Below are positions 27,586 through 36,554 of a DNA stretch of 62,175 nt, in pieces. This DNA comes from Thermoflexus hugenholtzii JAD2 (GTDB taxonomy: Bacteria; Chloroflexota; UBA11872; UBA12225). The position numbers were made by a program, and so were the translations under genes. How positions within the stretch are numbered: the stretch's first letter is position 1; every line of letters starts with the position of its first letter. The DNA is taken from positions 1 to 62,175 of the forward strand of contig CAMBEO010000006.1 of NCBI GenBank assembly GCA_945865725.1. The letters run 5' to 3'. The notes beneath the pieces are model-generated. The model had not been told where the DNA came from. It was given only the letters and a program-made list of their open reading frames with translations, and did not search any database.

Positions 27586-28341
27586 CTACGCCTTCTTCGG
27601 GCGCTCGCGGCGCCAGAAGCGCACCGCCGAAAGCGGTACGGACTCCATCTGGAACGCGTGGCCAAACCCGCCGTACTCCATTGTGCGCAAGAGCCACCCC
27701 GATTGCGCGAGCGACGGGCCGTAGTAGAACGAGGCGTCCCCGTACGCAACGCCATCGATCCCCTCGGCGCTCGCCGGGACGTGGTCCGATCGCCCATGCC
27801 GGAGCCAGAAGCGTCCGCCAACCCGCACCTGGAATGCGGTCCAGGTGCCGAGGCGATCGGTTTCGACATCAAACGCGACCTCGTCGCGGGCATCGCGCAG
27901 GAATGCCGTCCGGTATCGCGCGAGTTCCTCGCGAAGGGCGCCCGGACCCCGGACGCCCAGGTAGGCCCGCGCCGTTGCCGCCATGTCGCCCTCGATCACC
28001 AATACGTCGGCGCCCTGGTCCGGTGCGAGGAACAGGACGGCGAACGTGAACGCGCCGCGTTCGTCATTCGTCTGCGCGAGGGCGACCGCGTCGATCCGGA
28101 AGTTCAAGGTAAACGAGGAGGCGTTCCAGAACGCCGGGTCGCTCGTATCGACTTCAACCACGTCGCCGGCCCAGACGTCACCCCCAAGGCGGTCCAGCAT
28201 TGCCGCCGCCTCGTCAGTGTCGTCCGGGTCGGTCCCTCGCCGGACAGAACGGGGCCCACGATCCAAGGGGGGGGCTGTCGGGGCGACAAAGGCCTGGTTC
28301 CAGAGGCGTCGAACGCGTTCGGGGATGCTCTCGCCGGCCAC
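27586..28341 (-). CDS. Hypothetical protein
   Basis: Long ORF with globular composition and GC3 bias; GTG start uncertain. Confidence 0.65.
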   Translation of the reverse strand: MAGESIPERVRRLWNQAFVAPTAPPLDRGPRSVRRGTDPDDTDEAAAMLDRLGGDVWAGDVVEVDTSDPAFWNASSFTLNFRIDAVALAQTNDERGAFTFAVLFLAPDQGADVLVIEGDMAATARAYLGVRGPGALREELARYRTAFLRDARDEVAFDVETDRLGTWTAFQVRVGGRFWLRHGRSDHVPASAEGIDGVAYGDASFYYGPSLAQSGWLLRTMEYGGFGHAFQMESVPLSAVRFWRRERPKKA

Positions 28342-28453
28342 GTGGTCCCGCCCTTCGGCGCAGTCTGGGGGCGCTGGCGCCCTGCCGGCCCTGGATGCGG
28401 CTCTCGATTGCGGGAGCAGTCTAACGTGATCCCCCCGATACACTCGGGCGGGG

Positions 28454-29326
28454 ATGCCCGGCCTGCCGATCGTGTCGGCCTGGCTGGCTCACCCGCCCAG
28501 GACGCGCGCGATGCTTCCGCTGATCGAAATTGATATCGACCCGGTGATCGCCCAGTTCGGGCCCTTCGCGCTGCGCTGGTACAGCCTCATGATCATGGCC
28601 GGCATTTATGGCGGCACCCTTGCAGCGGCGCGATTTGCCGGCGATCGGGGCATCGACCAGGACCATGTCTACTCGGTGGCCGTCTGGGTGGTGGTTGCTG
28701 GGATCATCGGTGCCCGCCTCACGCACGTGATCGACCGATGGGATCTCTATCGAGACCACCCCGAACGCGTCTTCCTGATCTACCAGGGAGGCATCGCGAT
28801 CTGGGGGGGGCTGGTCGCGGGCGGGATCGCGGTCTGGGCGTACGCTCGTCGGAACGGCGTGCCGTTCTGGCGTTTCGCCGACGCGATCTCCCACGGAGCG
28901 ATCCTTGGGCAAGCCATCGGACGGATCGGATGCATCGTCAACGGTGACGTGGCGGGAAGGCCCACGGGGGCGGACTGGGGGTTCGTTTACCTTCACCCCG
29001 GCGCGCTCCTTCCGAAGCTGTCGTACTTCGGGGTGCCAACCCATCCATACCCGCTCTACGAGCTTGTCTGGGACGTCGCCCTGTTCGGACTGCTGTTCGT
29101 GGTCGCTCGCCGGGTTCGCATCGACGGGGCCGTCTTCCTCACGTACGCCGCCGTGTACTCGATGGCACGCTTCGTCCTCACGATGGTCCGCGAGGAGGGA
29201 GTCTGGGCGTTCGGCCTCCAGCAGGCCCAGATCGTGTCACTGGCGACGTTCGCGCTCGCGGCTTGGACGCTCGCACGACGGGCCCGTCTCGCGGCTGCTC
29301 CCGCCACGGTGGCCGACGCCCCGTGA
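28454..29326 (+). CDS. lgt: Prolipoprotein diacylglyceryl transferase (non-canonical motifs)
   Basis: 'IDPV..FGP..LRWY', 'GARL', 'QGG', 'GQAIGRIG..NG', 'HPYPLYE'; start 28454 or 28511. Confidence 0.9.
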   Translation: MPGLPIVSAWLAHPPRTRAMLPLIEIDIDPVIAQFGPFALRWYSLMIMAGIYGGTLAAARFAGDRGIDQDHVYSVAVWVVVAGIIGARLTHVIDRWDLYRDHPERVFLIYQGGIAIWGGLVAGGIAVWAYARRNGVPFWRFADAISHGAILGQAIGRIGCIVNGDVAGRPTGADWGFVYLHPGALLPKLSYFGVPTHPYPLYELVWDVALFGLLFVVARRVRIDGAVFLTYAAVYSMARFVLTMVREEGVWAFGLQQAQIVSLATFALAAWTLARRARLAAAPATVADAP

Positions 29327-29425
29327 TCGCCGCCCGGGCCACACGAGCCAGGACGACACGAACGATCATCCTTCCCTCCTGGCGATGGGCACGGAGGCCC
29401 GCGGACCCTTTCCCGCCGGTGCAAG

Positions 29426-31420
29426 GTGATGGATGATCGCCTAGCCCTCGCGCTGACGCTGGCACTGCCGCTCCTGACCGCAGCAAGCGCGTTCGCGGCA
29501 ATCGCCCGGCCTGCACGGGCATTGGTAGGTGTCTTGCTCGTGGCCGCGGTCATCGACGCGGTCGCTGGCGTCGCGATCCTTCCGGGGATCCGACGGGGCC
29601 TCGCCGCACCCGAGGCCGGCGTCGCGACATGGTCGCCGCTCGGCCTCTATGGGGTGGAACTGACGGTGCGCACCCAAGCGCTTGGCAGCTTCCTCGCCGT
29701 GCCGGGCGTCGTCGCCGCGGTCGTCGGGTGGTTTCGAGCGTACGGCCCACCTTGGCGCGACCCGTCCGGCAAGGCCGTGCCGGCGGGGCGTCCGGTGGTC
29801 GATGCCGCCCTGCTCGTCGCGGTCTCAGGGGGCACGTGGGCACTGGTGGCGGGAGACCTGGTGTCGATCGTGCTCGGCACCGGCGCGTTCGTCGTCGCGA
29901 CCGCTGGTGCCCTTGCTGCCGTAGGGGCCGTGCGCGCCGCCAGATGGCGACTCGTGGTCACCGGCGCGATGAGTTTTGGCCTGCTGGTGTGCATGCTCCT
30001 CCTCGGCAAGGTGAACGGGTCCTTTGCCGCGGGGCAACTTGCTTCTGTCAGTTTCAGCGACGCCAGTCTGGCCGGGCTCGTCATGGTCGCGTCTGGACTT
30101 GGCAACGCCGTGCCTTTCCACGCGTGGGCGCTTCGTCTTTGCCGGCAGCCCCTGATGCCCGCGGTCGCCGCTACCGGGAGCGCCGTTTCGCTTGCACTCG
30201 TTGACATCGCTTTCGTAACCACCGGCGGCGAGCTTGCAGGCCCATGGCGGACGTTTCTCACGGCCCTCGGATTGTTCGCGATCATCGGATCGATTGGCTG
30301 GTCGTGGTCCACCAGTCATCCCCGAATGCGGCTTGCCACGCTCCTGGGTGGTCGCACCGGGTTGACGCTCATGGCGCTCGCCAGCGGCGCGCCCGCAACA
30401 ATGAGCGCGCTCACCCTCTTGCATGGCGTCGCCGCGACAGGAGCGGCGATCCTGTGGGTCGCCGCCCCCGGAGCCGCCGCATCGTCGCCACCCACTCCCG
30501 TATCGCGCGCCACCTCGGGAGGAACTGGGGGTGGAGGCCTCCGAGCGACGCGGTCCTTCCCTCTTACCCCTCCCGCGCCTGCAGGGTCGCTCACGGGGAA
30601 CGGGAAGGTCAGGGGGATGGTGACGACCGACGCGTGGCGAAGTGCCGTGCCTTGGATCGTCGTGCTCGTGGTGGCCACGGCGGTGGGCCTTCCGGGAACC
30701 ATCGGCGGACTTGCAGCGGACACGTATCTCAGCGCCCTGACGGCGTCAAGCGAAGCCGGAGGGTGGCTGCGCCTTGCGGCCCTCCTCCTCGATACCGCGA
30801 CGATCGGCGCAAGCGGCGCGGTCCTCGGCGCATGGCTGCGACCGAAGCGTTCGACGCGCGACGGGACGTCCCGATCCCCCATCCATCAACCTGATGGATG
30901 GGCCATGCCCGACGACGGATGGCGGGCACGACCCTCGGTGTTTGGATCGCTCGCCGCGATGCTCCCGTGGCTGGGAGTCGCCATTGGGCTCGCGGTCATC
31001 GTCGCGCCCGCCGTACTTCCGCTGACGTTCGTCGGCCCGTGGTTCGGTCCCATCAGCGTCGTCGCTGCCGGGACAAGCACTCCACCCCGACTTGTCGATG
31101 CGCTTCGGATTGCGAGCCCGGACCGGATCCTCCTCGCTGGCGCCGCCGCGGTCGCCCTCTACCGGATCCAGAAAGGGGAAGAGATGCTGCCGGCGGTCGC
31201 GCGGGCGATGCTCGGCATCGGGGTCGTGATTGCGACGCCCCTTCTTCGCATCGGCCGAGGCGTCGTGTTGGTCGTTCGTGGTGCGCTCGACCTCTTGCTG
31301 GTTCGCCTGGTCTCGTTGAGCGACCAGGCGTCATCGACGGCGCGCCTGGTCGAGGAGCGTTACTACGCCGCCGTCGCTGTCGTCGTCATTGTCGTGCTGC
31401 TCTACAGTGTCGGGCGATGA
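29426..31420 (+). CDS. Divergent proton-antiporter-like (NuoL/M/N, MrpA/D, HyfB) membrane protein
   Basis: Many TMs, 'AGDL', 'VPFHAW', 'GLPGTIG' fold landmarks. Confidence 0.7.
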   Translation: MMDDRLALALTLALPLLTAASAFAAIARPARALVGVLLVAAVIDAVAGVAILPGIRRGLAAPEAGVATWSPLGLYGVELTVRTQALGSFLAVPGVVAAVVGWFRAYGPPWRDPSGKAVPAGRPVVDAALLVAVSGGTWALVAGDLVSIVLGTGAFVVATAGALAAVGAVRAARWRLVVTGAMSFGLLVCMLLLGKVNGSFAAGQLASVSFSDASLAGLVMVASGLGNAVPFHAWALRLCRQPLMPAVAATGSAVSLALVDIAFVTTGGELAGPWRTFLTALGLFAIIGSIGWSWSTSHPRMRLATLLGGRTGLTLMALASGAPATMSALTLLHGVAATGAAILWVAAPGAAASSPPTPVSRATSGGTGGGGLRATRSFPLTPPAPAGSLTGNGKVRGMVTTDAWRSAVPWIVVLVVATAVGLPGTIGGLAADTYLSALTASSEAGGWLRLAALLLDTATIGASGAVLGAWLRPKRSTRDGTSRSPIHQPDGWAMPDDGWRARPSVFGSLAAMLPWLGVAIGLAVIVAPAVLPLTFVGPWFGPISVVAAGTSTPPRLVDALRIASPDRILLAGAAAVALYRIQKGEEMLPAVARAMLGIGVVIATPLLRIGRGVVLVVRGALDLLLVRLVSLSDQASSTARLVEERYYAAVAVVVIVVLLYSVGR

Positions 31421-31499
31421 TCGTGACCTTCTGGAGCACGGCAAGGATGCCCGCGGACCTTGCCAGCGCAATCTCAAAAATGTCGTCGCCGACGTCTGA

Positions 31500-32234
31500 A
31501 TGGGACACGTGCGAGTGCTGAACGAGTTCGTCCTGCTCGTCCTGCTTGTCGTGGTTGCCTCGCTGCTGAGCGTCTCAGTCGAATGGCACGTCGCCTTGGC
31601 CTGCCTCTGGCTCGTCTATGGGATCGCCAGCACGTGGCTCGCCGTCGTCGCGACCCCCGAACTGGCCGGTGCCAAGCTCGTCACCGGCTCGACGGTCTGC
31701 GTGCTCCTCGCGCCAAGCCTTCGAGCACTGTCGGCAGAGCGCGCCCGGAGTACCGGACGGGTGCGCCGCCTCGTCGATACGGCTGGAAGTACGGCGGTAG
31801 ACGAGCCGTTCATGCTGGTCGGGGCGATCCTTGTGGCGGCGGCGTCCATCGCGCTCTCGCAGGCCTTCCCGATCGTGGGATCCGCGACGAACTTCGCGTG
31901 GTACTGGCTTGGCTTGCTCGGCCTGCTCTTGATCATGCTTTCGCGCGACCTCGTTCGGGTTGGCATCGGCCTCCTCCTCCTCCTCAATGCGGTCGACCTT
32001 CTGGACACGCTCGCGGCTAGCCACCAGGGGGTCGGTGCGATCGGTGCCCGTAGCGTCGTCACGATCGTGCTCGCGCTCGCCCTCGGCGTCGTGTGGACGG
32101 CCGTCCACGCGCGGGCAGTGACAGGTGCGCCGCCACCTCCGGTGCCGACGCTCTCGCTCATCGGCCGGCCGGTCGGAGACCTTGACCAGTCCGACCAGCA
32201 GGCGGTGGACGAGGCGGCGTCGCAGGCGGGATAG
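31500..32234 (+). CDS. HyfE/NuoK-like membrane protein
   Basis: About 7 TMs; 'LLIMLSRDLVRVGIGLLLLLNAVDL' resembles the NuoK/HyfE helix pair. Confidence 0.6.
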   Translation: MGHVRVLNEFVLLVLLVVVASLLSVSVEWHVALACLWLVYGIASTWLAVVATPELAGAKLVTGSTVCVLLAPSLRALSAERARSTGRVRRLVDTAGSTAVDEPFMLVGAILVAAASIALSQAFPIVGSATNFAWYWLGLLGLLLIMLSRDLVRVGIGLLLLLNAVDLLDTLAASHQGVGAIGARSVVTIVLALALGVVWTAVHARAVTGAPPPPVPTLSLIGRPVGDLDQSDQQAVDEAASQAG

Positions 32235-32239
32235 GGCGA

Positions 32240-33706
32240 GTGGCGACGACCGTGTCACTCGGAGTGATCGCGCTTCCTGTGGTCAGCCCTCTTGTCGCCG
32301 CGGCGATCCTGGCCTTGGCGATGGCCCTCGTTCACGGGCGCGGCGGATCGGATGGCGCCGTACGGCGCGCGCCGTGGGCGCTCGTCCTGCCGGTCATCAA
32401 CTGGCTTCCGGCTCTGGCGATGGTGGGCGCGGCCGTCGCGGTCGCGCGACTGCCCGACGCGGCCGCCATCCCGATCGGCTCGTGGTCACTCGGGGTGGGT
32501 GCCGTCGCGCGCGTCCAGTCGGTGTTCGCGTTCGGGGCCGGCGCCTTCATCGCTGCCCTCGGGGCGGCCTCCGATCGGGGACCAGCCACGGCGATCGCCG
32601 CCGTGATCGCGTCGTCGTCGATCGTCATCGGCGCCGTGGCGGGCGACGATGCGCGGGTCGGCGCCGCCGGCATCCACGTCGCCGTGCTCGTCACGGCGAT
32701 GGTCATGGCCACGGCTGGCACCGACGGCACGGCTGGCCGGTCGGGATGGCGTGCCGCGACAACCTACTTGACGCTGGCAAGCCTCGGCCTCGTGATCTTG
32801 CTTGCCGGCTTCTCGCTTGCTGACATCCTGCGGATCAGTCCGGGAGGCCTCGTCACCGAGGCGTTCGCGATCGCGGTCCTCGCCGTTGGCTTCGCCCTGG
32901 CGATCGGCCTGGTCCCGCTCCACTTCTGGGTGCCGGTGGTCTCCTTGCGGTCAGGCGAAGGCGGGGCGATGCTGGCTTTGGGGCTCGTGGCTCCCGCCAC
33001 CGTGGGCTTTCTGGTGCAAGTGCTTTCTGGCCTTCCGCAACTCGGCAGCGAGGTGCTGACTGCGCGCCTACTAGTCATTGGCGGACTGCTCGGGTGTGCG
33101 GGAGGCGCGATCGGCGCCGTGGCACCCGGGCGTCTTGGGCGACGGGTTGGCTATGCGGTGATCGCTGGCCTCGGCCCGGTCTTGCTTGGCATCGGATCCG
33201 GCACGCGTATCGGCGTCGCGGGGGCCTTGGTGGCGCTCGCCCATCACGCCACGTGCATGATTGTCCTGGTCGGATCGGCCGCCGCGCTCGAGGGGCGACC
33301 GGATCGCCAACGCCCGGCAGGCGCATCGCGACGCGCGGTTCAGATGGCGTTCGTCCTGGCCGCCATCGCCTCGAGCGGGATCCCGCCGCTTGGCGGATTC
33401 GCCGCACGATGGGCCGTGATGCAGGCCTTGTCGCTCGCGGACTGGCGCCTGGCGATGGCGGTGGGCGTGTCGTCGCTCGTGGTGTTGGCGGGGCTCCTCG
33501 TGGGCGCCAGTCGCTGGCCCGGTGACCGGCCTGAAACTCCCGTCGAAGGCGACCTAGGGTCCCGACCCCAATGGAAGTTGTCGGGTTCGGCGTGGGTCCT
33601 GCTTGCGTCCACCGTCGCCGCGTGCGCCTTAAGCGTCTTGCCATCACCAGTGCTCGACCAGGCGCACCGTGCGACCGCCCAGTTGACGTACCTGAGACCG
33701 TTCTAG
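32240..33706 (+). CDS. Divergent proton-antiporter-like (NuoN/MrpD/HyfF) membrane protein
   Basis: 'RAATTYL', 'GLVPLHFWVP', 'RRVGYAVI', 'AHHA', 'SGIPPLGGF'. Confidence 0.8.
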   Translation: MATTVSLGVIALPVVSPLVAAAILALAMALVHGRGGSDGAVRRAPWALVLPVINWLPALAMVGAAVAVARLPDAAAIPIGSWSLGVGAVARVQSVFAFGAGAFIAALGAASDRGPATAIAAVIASSSIVIGAVAGDDARVGAAGIHVAVLVTAMVMATAGTDGTAGRSGWRAATTYLTLASLGLVILLAGFSLADILRISPGGLVTEAFAIAVLAVGFALAIGLVPLHFWVPVVSLRSGEGGAMLALGLVAPATVGFLVQVLSGLPQLGSEVLTARLLVIGGLLGCAGGAIGAVAPGRLGRRVGYAVIAGLGPVLLGIGSGTRIGVAGALVALAHHATCMIVLVGSAAALEGRPDRQRPAGASRRAVQMAFVLAAIASSGIPPLGGFAARWAVMQALSLADWRLAMAVGVSSLVVLAGLLVGASRWPGDRPETPVEGDLGSRPQWKLSGSAWVLLASTVAACALSVLPSPVLDQAHRATAQLTYLRPF

Positions 33707-34830
33707 CGTCGTCCGCCGTCGGCATGGGTTGCGACCCAACCTGCCCCTGACGACGACCGCTCGACCGCGTCGACGACTCGCTGGGCGGCGACACCATCCG
33801 CGAACCCTGGCCACGCATCGTCACCCTGCACGGGAGGCAGGCCCCGCAACCGGCGCACGATCCGGATCGCATGAGCACGAGGGAACTCGTCGAAGGGCAG
33901 GTCGATGTCGAAAGGCGTGGGGACGACCGCGAAGCGCCCAGTCGAGGCCGGCGCGAGACGCACGGTCGCCGGCTCGCCCCGCTCCTCCTCGAGGACGGCC
34001 GTCCCCTCGTCACCACTCAGCTCGATGCGACGGTAGGAGGCGCGCCCGTAGGCGACCTGGCTCACCTGCACCGTGCCCGTGGCGCCGCCTTCCAGGCACG
34101 CCACGAATGACGCGGTGTCGTCCGCGGTAACCCGCGCGATCGCCGTGCCGCCCGCCGCATCAGGACGCATCGTGACGACCGTCCTGGCAGCGCCAGACAC
34201 CGCGACCACCTCGCCCGCAAGCCAGCGGAGGGCGTCGACCATGTGGATGCCAACGTCAAGAAGGGCGCCCCCGCCGCGTTCCCGAAGCATGCGGAAGGCA
34301 ATTGGCGCGGTCGGGTCGGCGCGAATGCCCTGTTGAAAGCTGATCGCGAAATGGCGCAGGCGCCCGACCCGGCCTGCCTGGACAAGCGTCCAGAGGTGCT
34401 TAAACGGGACGGTCGAGCGGTACGTGAAGTTCACCGCGGTCCGGACGCCGGCGACCTCCGCGGCGCGAGCCATCTCCTCGGCCTCGGCGAATGTCACGCC
34501 CAGCGGCTTCTCGCACAACACGTGCATGCCGCGTTCGACCGCCTCAAGCACCATCGCGTGGTGCACGTCGTTCGGGGTTGCGACGACGACCGAGTCCGGG
34601 CGGGTCTCGTCAAGCATCCGTCGAAAATCGTCGAAAGACGCGCCGACGCCATTGCGGGCGGCGATGTCTGACACCTTCGCAAGCGTCGGACCGAAAAGCC
34701 CGACAACCTCCACGCCGGGCGTCGCGACCAGTCCCGGGATCAGCACCCGTTGCGAGAAGGAGCCGACGCCAGCGACGGCAACCCGGAAGCGGGGCGTGTC
34801 GTCGGTCCTGATGGCAAGTCGATCGGTCAT
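33703..34830 (-). CDS. Gfo/Idh/MocA family oxidoreductase
   Basis: 'VAGVG', 'ATPNDVH', 'HVLCEKP', 'GGGALLDVGIHMVD'. Confidence 0.93.
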   Translation of the reverse strand: MTDRLAIRTDDTPRFRVAVAGVGSFSQRVLIPGLVATPGVEVVGLFGPTLAKVSDIAARNGVGASFDDFRRMLDETRPDSVVVATPNDVHHAMVLEAVERGMHVLCEKPLGVTFAEAEEMARAAEVAGVRTAVNFTYRSTVPFKHLWTLVQAGRVGRLRHFAISFQQGIRADPTAPIAFRMLRERGGGALLDVGIHMVDALRWLAGEVVAVSGAARTVVTMRPDAAGGTAIARVTADDTASFVACLEGGATGTVQVSQVAYGRASYRRIELSGDEGTAVLEEERGEPATVRLAPASTGRFAVVPTPFDIDLPFDEFPRAHAIRIVRRLRGLPPVQGDDAWPGFADGVAAQRVVDAVERSSSGAGWVATHADGGRR

Positions 34831-34945
34831 CGAGGACGGCTCCCTGGCGATGGTACCCTCGACCGTTCACCCCGCGTGGTACCGGCCTCCGTGCAGGAGA
34901 GGCTCGTGTCCGCGCCGGAGCGCCGGCTGGAGGGCCGCCCACTCG

Positions 34946-36301
34946 ATGTCGCAGACCCCTTCCCCCGTCACCATGGAAAAGCTCGTGTCGCTGTGCAAGC
35001 GGCGCGGCTTCGTCTTCCAGAGCAGCGAGATTTATGGCGGGTTCAACGGAGTCTGGGACTTCGGACCGCTTGGTGCCGAGTTGCGGAACAACATCAAGCG
35101 CGCCTGGTGGGAGGACTACGTCTACAAGCGCACCGACATCGTCGGGCTCGACTCTGCCATCCTCGCCAACCCTGCCGTGTGGAAGGCGTCGGGTCACCTC
35201 GAGAACTTCACCGACCCGCTCGTCGAGTGCCGGAACTGCCACAACCGCTTCCGGGCAGACCACGTCGACCTCGAACGGAATTGCCCGACGTGCGGCAAGC
35301 GGGACTGGACCGACGTCCGGCTCTTCAACACCATGTTCAAGACGTTCGTAGGCCCGGTCGAGGAAGACGCGAGCGTCGCGTACCTCCGACCGGAGACCTG
35401 CCAGGCAATCTTCGTGAACTTCCGCCTCGTGCAGGGCGCGATGCGCAAGAAGCTCCCGTTCGGCATCGCGCAGATTGGCAAGGCGTTCCGGAACGAGATC
35501 ACCACGGGCAACTTCATCTTCCGCCTGCGCGAGCTCGAGCAGATGGAACTCGAGTACTTCGTGCGTCCTGACCAAGCGGTCGCGGCGTTCGGCGAGTTGC
35601 TTGACACGAGTATCGACTGGCTCGTCACGCATGGCGTGCGCCGCTCGATGCTTGACTTGTACGACCACCCAGACGGCGCCCGCGCGCACTACTCGCAACG
35701 CACCGTGGACATCATGTACGACTTCCCGTTCGGCAAGAGCGAGTTGCAGGGCGTCGCGAACCGAGGCAATTACGACTTGACGCAACATGCGAAAGCGTCG
35801 GGTCGCGACCTCGACTACTTCGACGACGAGACCGGTGAAAAGCTCGTGCCCCACGTGATCGAGCCCTCGATCGGGGTTGACCGTTCAAGCCTCGTCTTTC
35901 TCCTTGAGGCATACGACGAGGAGGCGGACAAGGACGGCATCCGTACCGTCTTGCGCTTCCACCCCCGACTTGCACCGGTAAAGGTTGCTGTCCTACCGCT
36001 CGTCAAGAAGGATTCCGGCCTGGTCAGCATGGCCCAGGAGGTCTATGCAGGCCTGCGTGGCGAGATGCTGGTCCTCTATGACGAGTCGGGTGCAGTCGGG
36101 CGCCGGTACCGCCGCCAGGACGAGATCGGCACGCCGTACTGCGTCACCGTCGATGGTCAGTCCCTCAATGACCGGACGGTGACCCTTCGGGAACGCGACT
36201 CGATGGCGCAGGTGCGCGTGCCGATCGATGGCCTGCGAGAGGAAATCCAGCGGCGTCTCCGGCTTCCATGGTCACGCCCCGAGGTGATCGCCCCGGCGTA
36301 G
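34946..36301 (+). CDS. glyQS: Glycine--tRNA ligase (alpha2 type)
   Basis: 'LCKRRGF..SSEIYGG', 'YLRPET', 'QIGKAFRNEIT', 'EQMELE', 'VIEPSIG', 'RRYRRQDEIGTP'. Confidence 0.97.
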   Translation: MSQTPSPVTMEKLVSLCKRRGFVFQSSEIYGGFNGVWDFGPLGAELRNNIKRAWWEDYVYKRTDIVGLDSAILANPAVWKASGHLENFTDPLVECRNCHNRFRADHVDLERNCPTCGKRDWTDVRLFNTMFKTFVGPVEEDASVAYLRPETCQAIFVNFRLVQGAMRKKLPFGIAQIGKAFRNEITTGNFIFRLRELEQMELEYFVRPDQAVAAFGELLDTSIDWLVTHGVRRSMLDLYDHPDGARAHYSQRTVDIMYDFPFGKSELQGVANRGNYDLTQHAKASGRDLDYFDDETGEKLVPHVIEPSIGVDRSSLVFLLEAYDEEADKDGIRTVLRFHPRLAPVKVAVLPLVKKDSGLVSMAQEVYAGLRGEMLVLYDESGAVGRRYRRQDEIGTPYCVTVDGQSLNDRTVTLRERDSMAQVRVPIDGLREEIQRRLRLPWSRPEVIAPA

Positions 36302-36394
36302 CACCAGCCATTTTGGAAGGGCCCGGGACCGCCGTCGTCTCGTTGACATCGTTGCCCCCGCCCCTTGGGATCCGGAAGCGTCCTCGGTCCCTCG

Positions 36395-36400
36395 TATACT
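36395..36400 (+). promoter_or_regulatory. Putative -10 element for ppdK
   Basis: TATACT about 155 nt upstream of the ppdK ATG; no properly spaced -35. Confidence 0.35.
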
Positions 36401-36554
36401 CTGGCGCGCCGACGATCTTGGGCCGCGATGCACGCCACGGTGGCCGGAATGGTCCGCGCGCATCCTGCCCGGCCCCGGGGAAGGCCTCCCACCGCGTGCC
36501 GACGCCTAGCCGCGCCGGGACCGCGAATCACACCTCAAAGAAGTAGGGTTCACC

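Noticed and set aside
34831-34945. T-box riboswitch upstream of glyQS
   Set aside because: The region is too short and has no GGTGGnACCGCG T-box motif
36343-36400. TTGACA plus TATACT as a single ppdK promoter
   Set aside because: The spacing is 46 bp, not about 17
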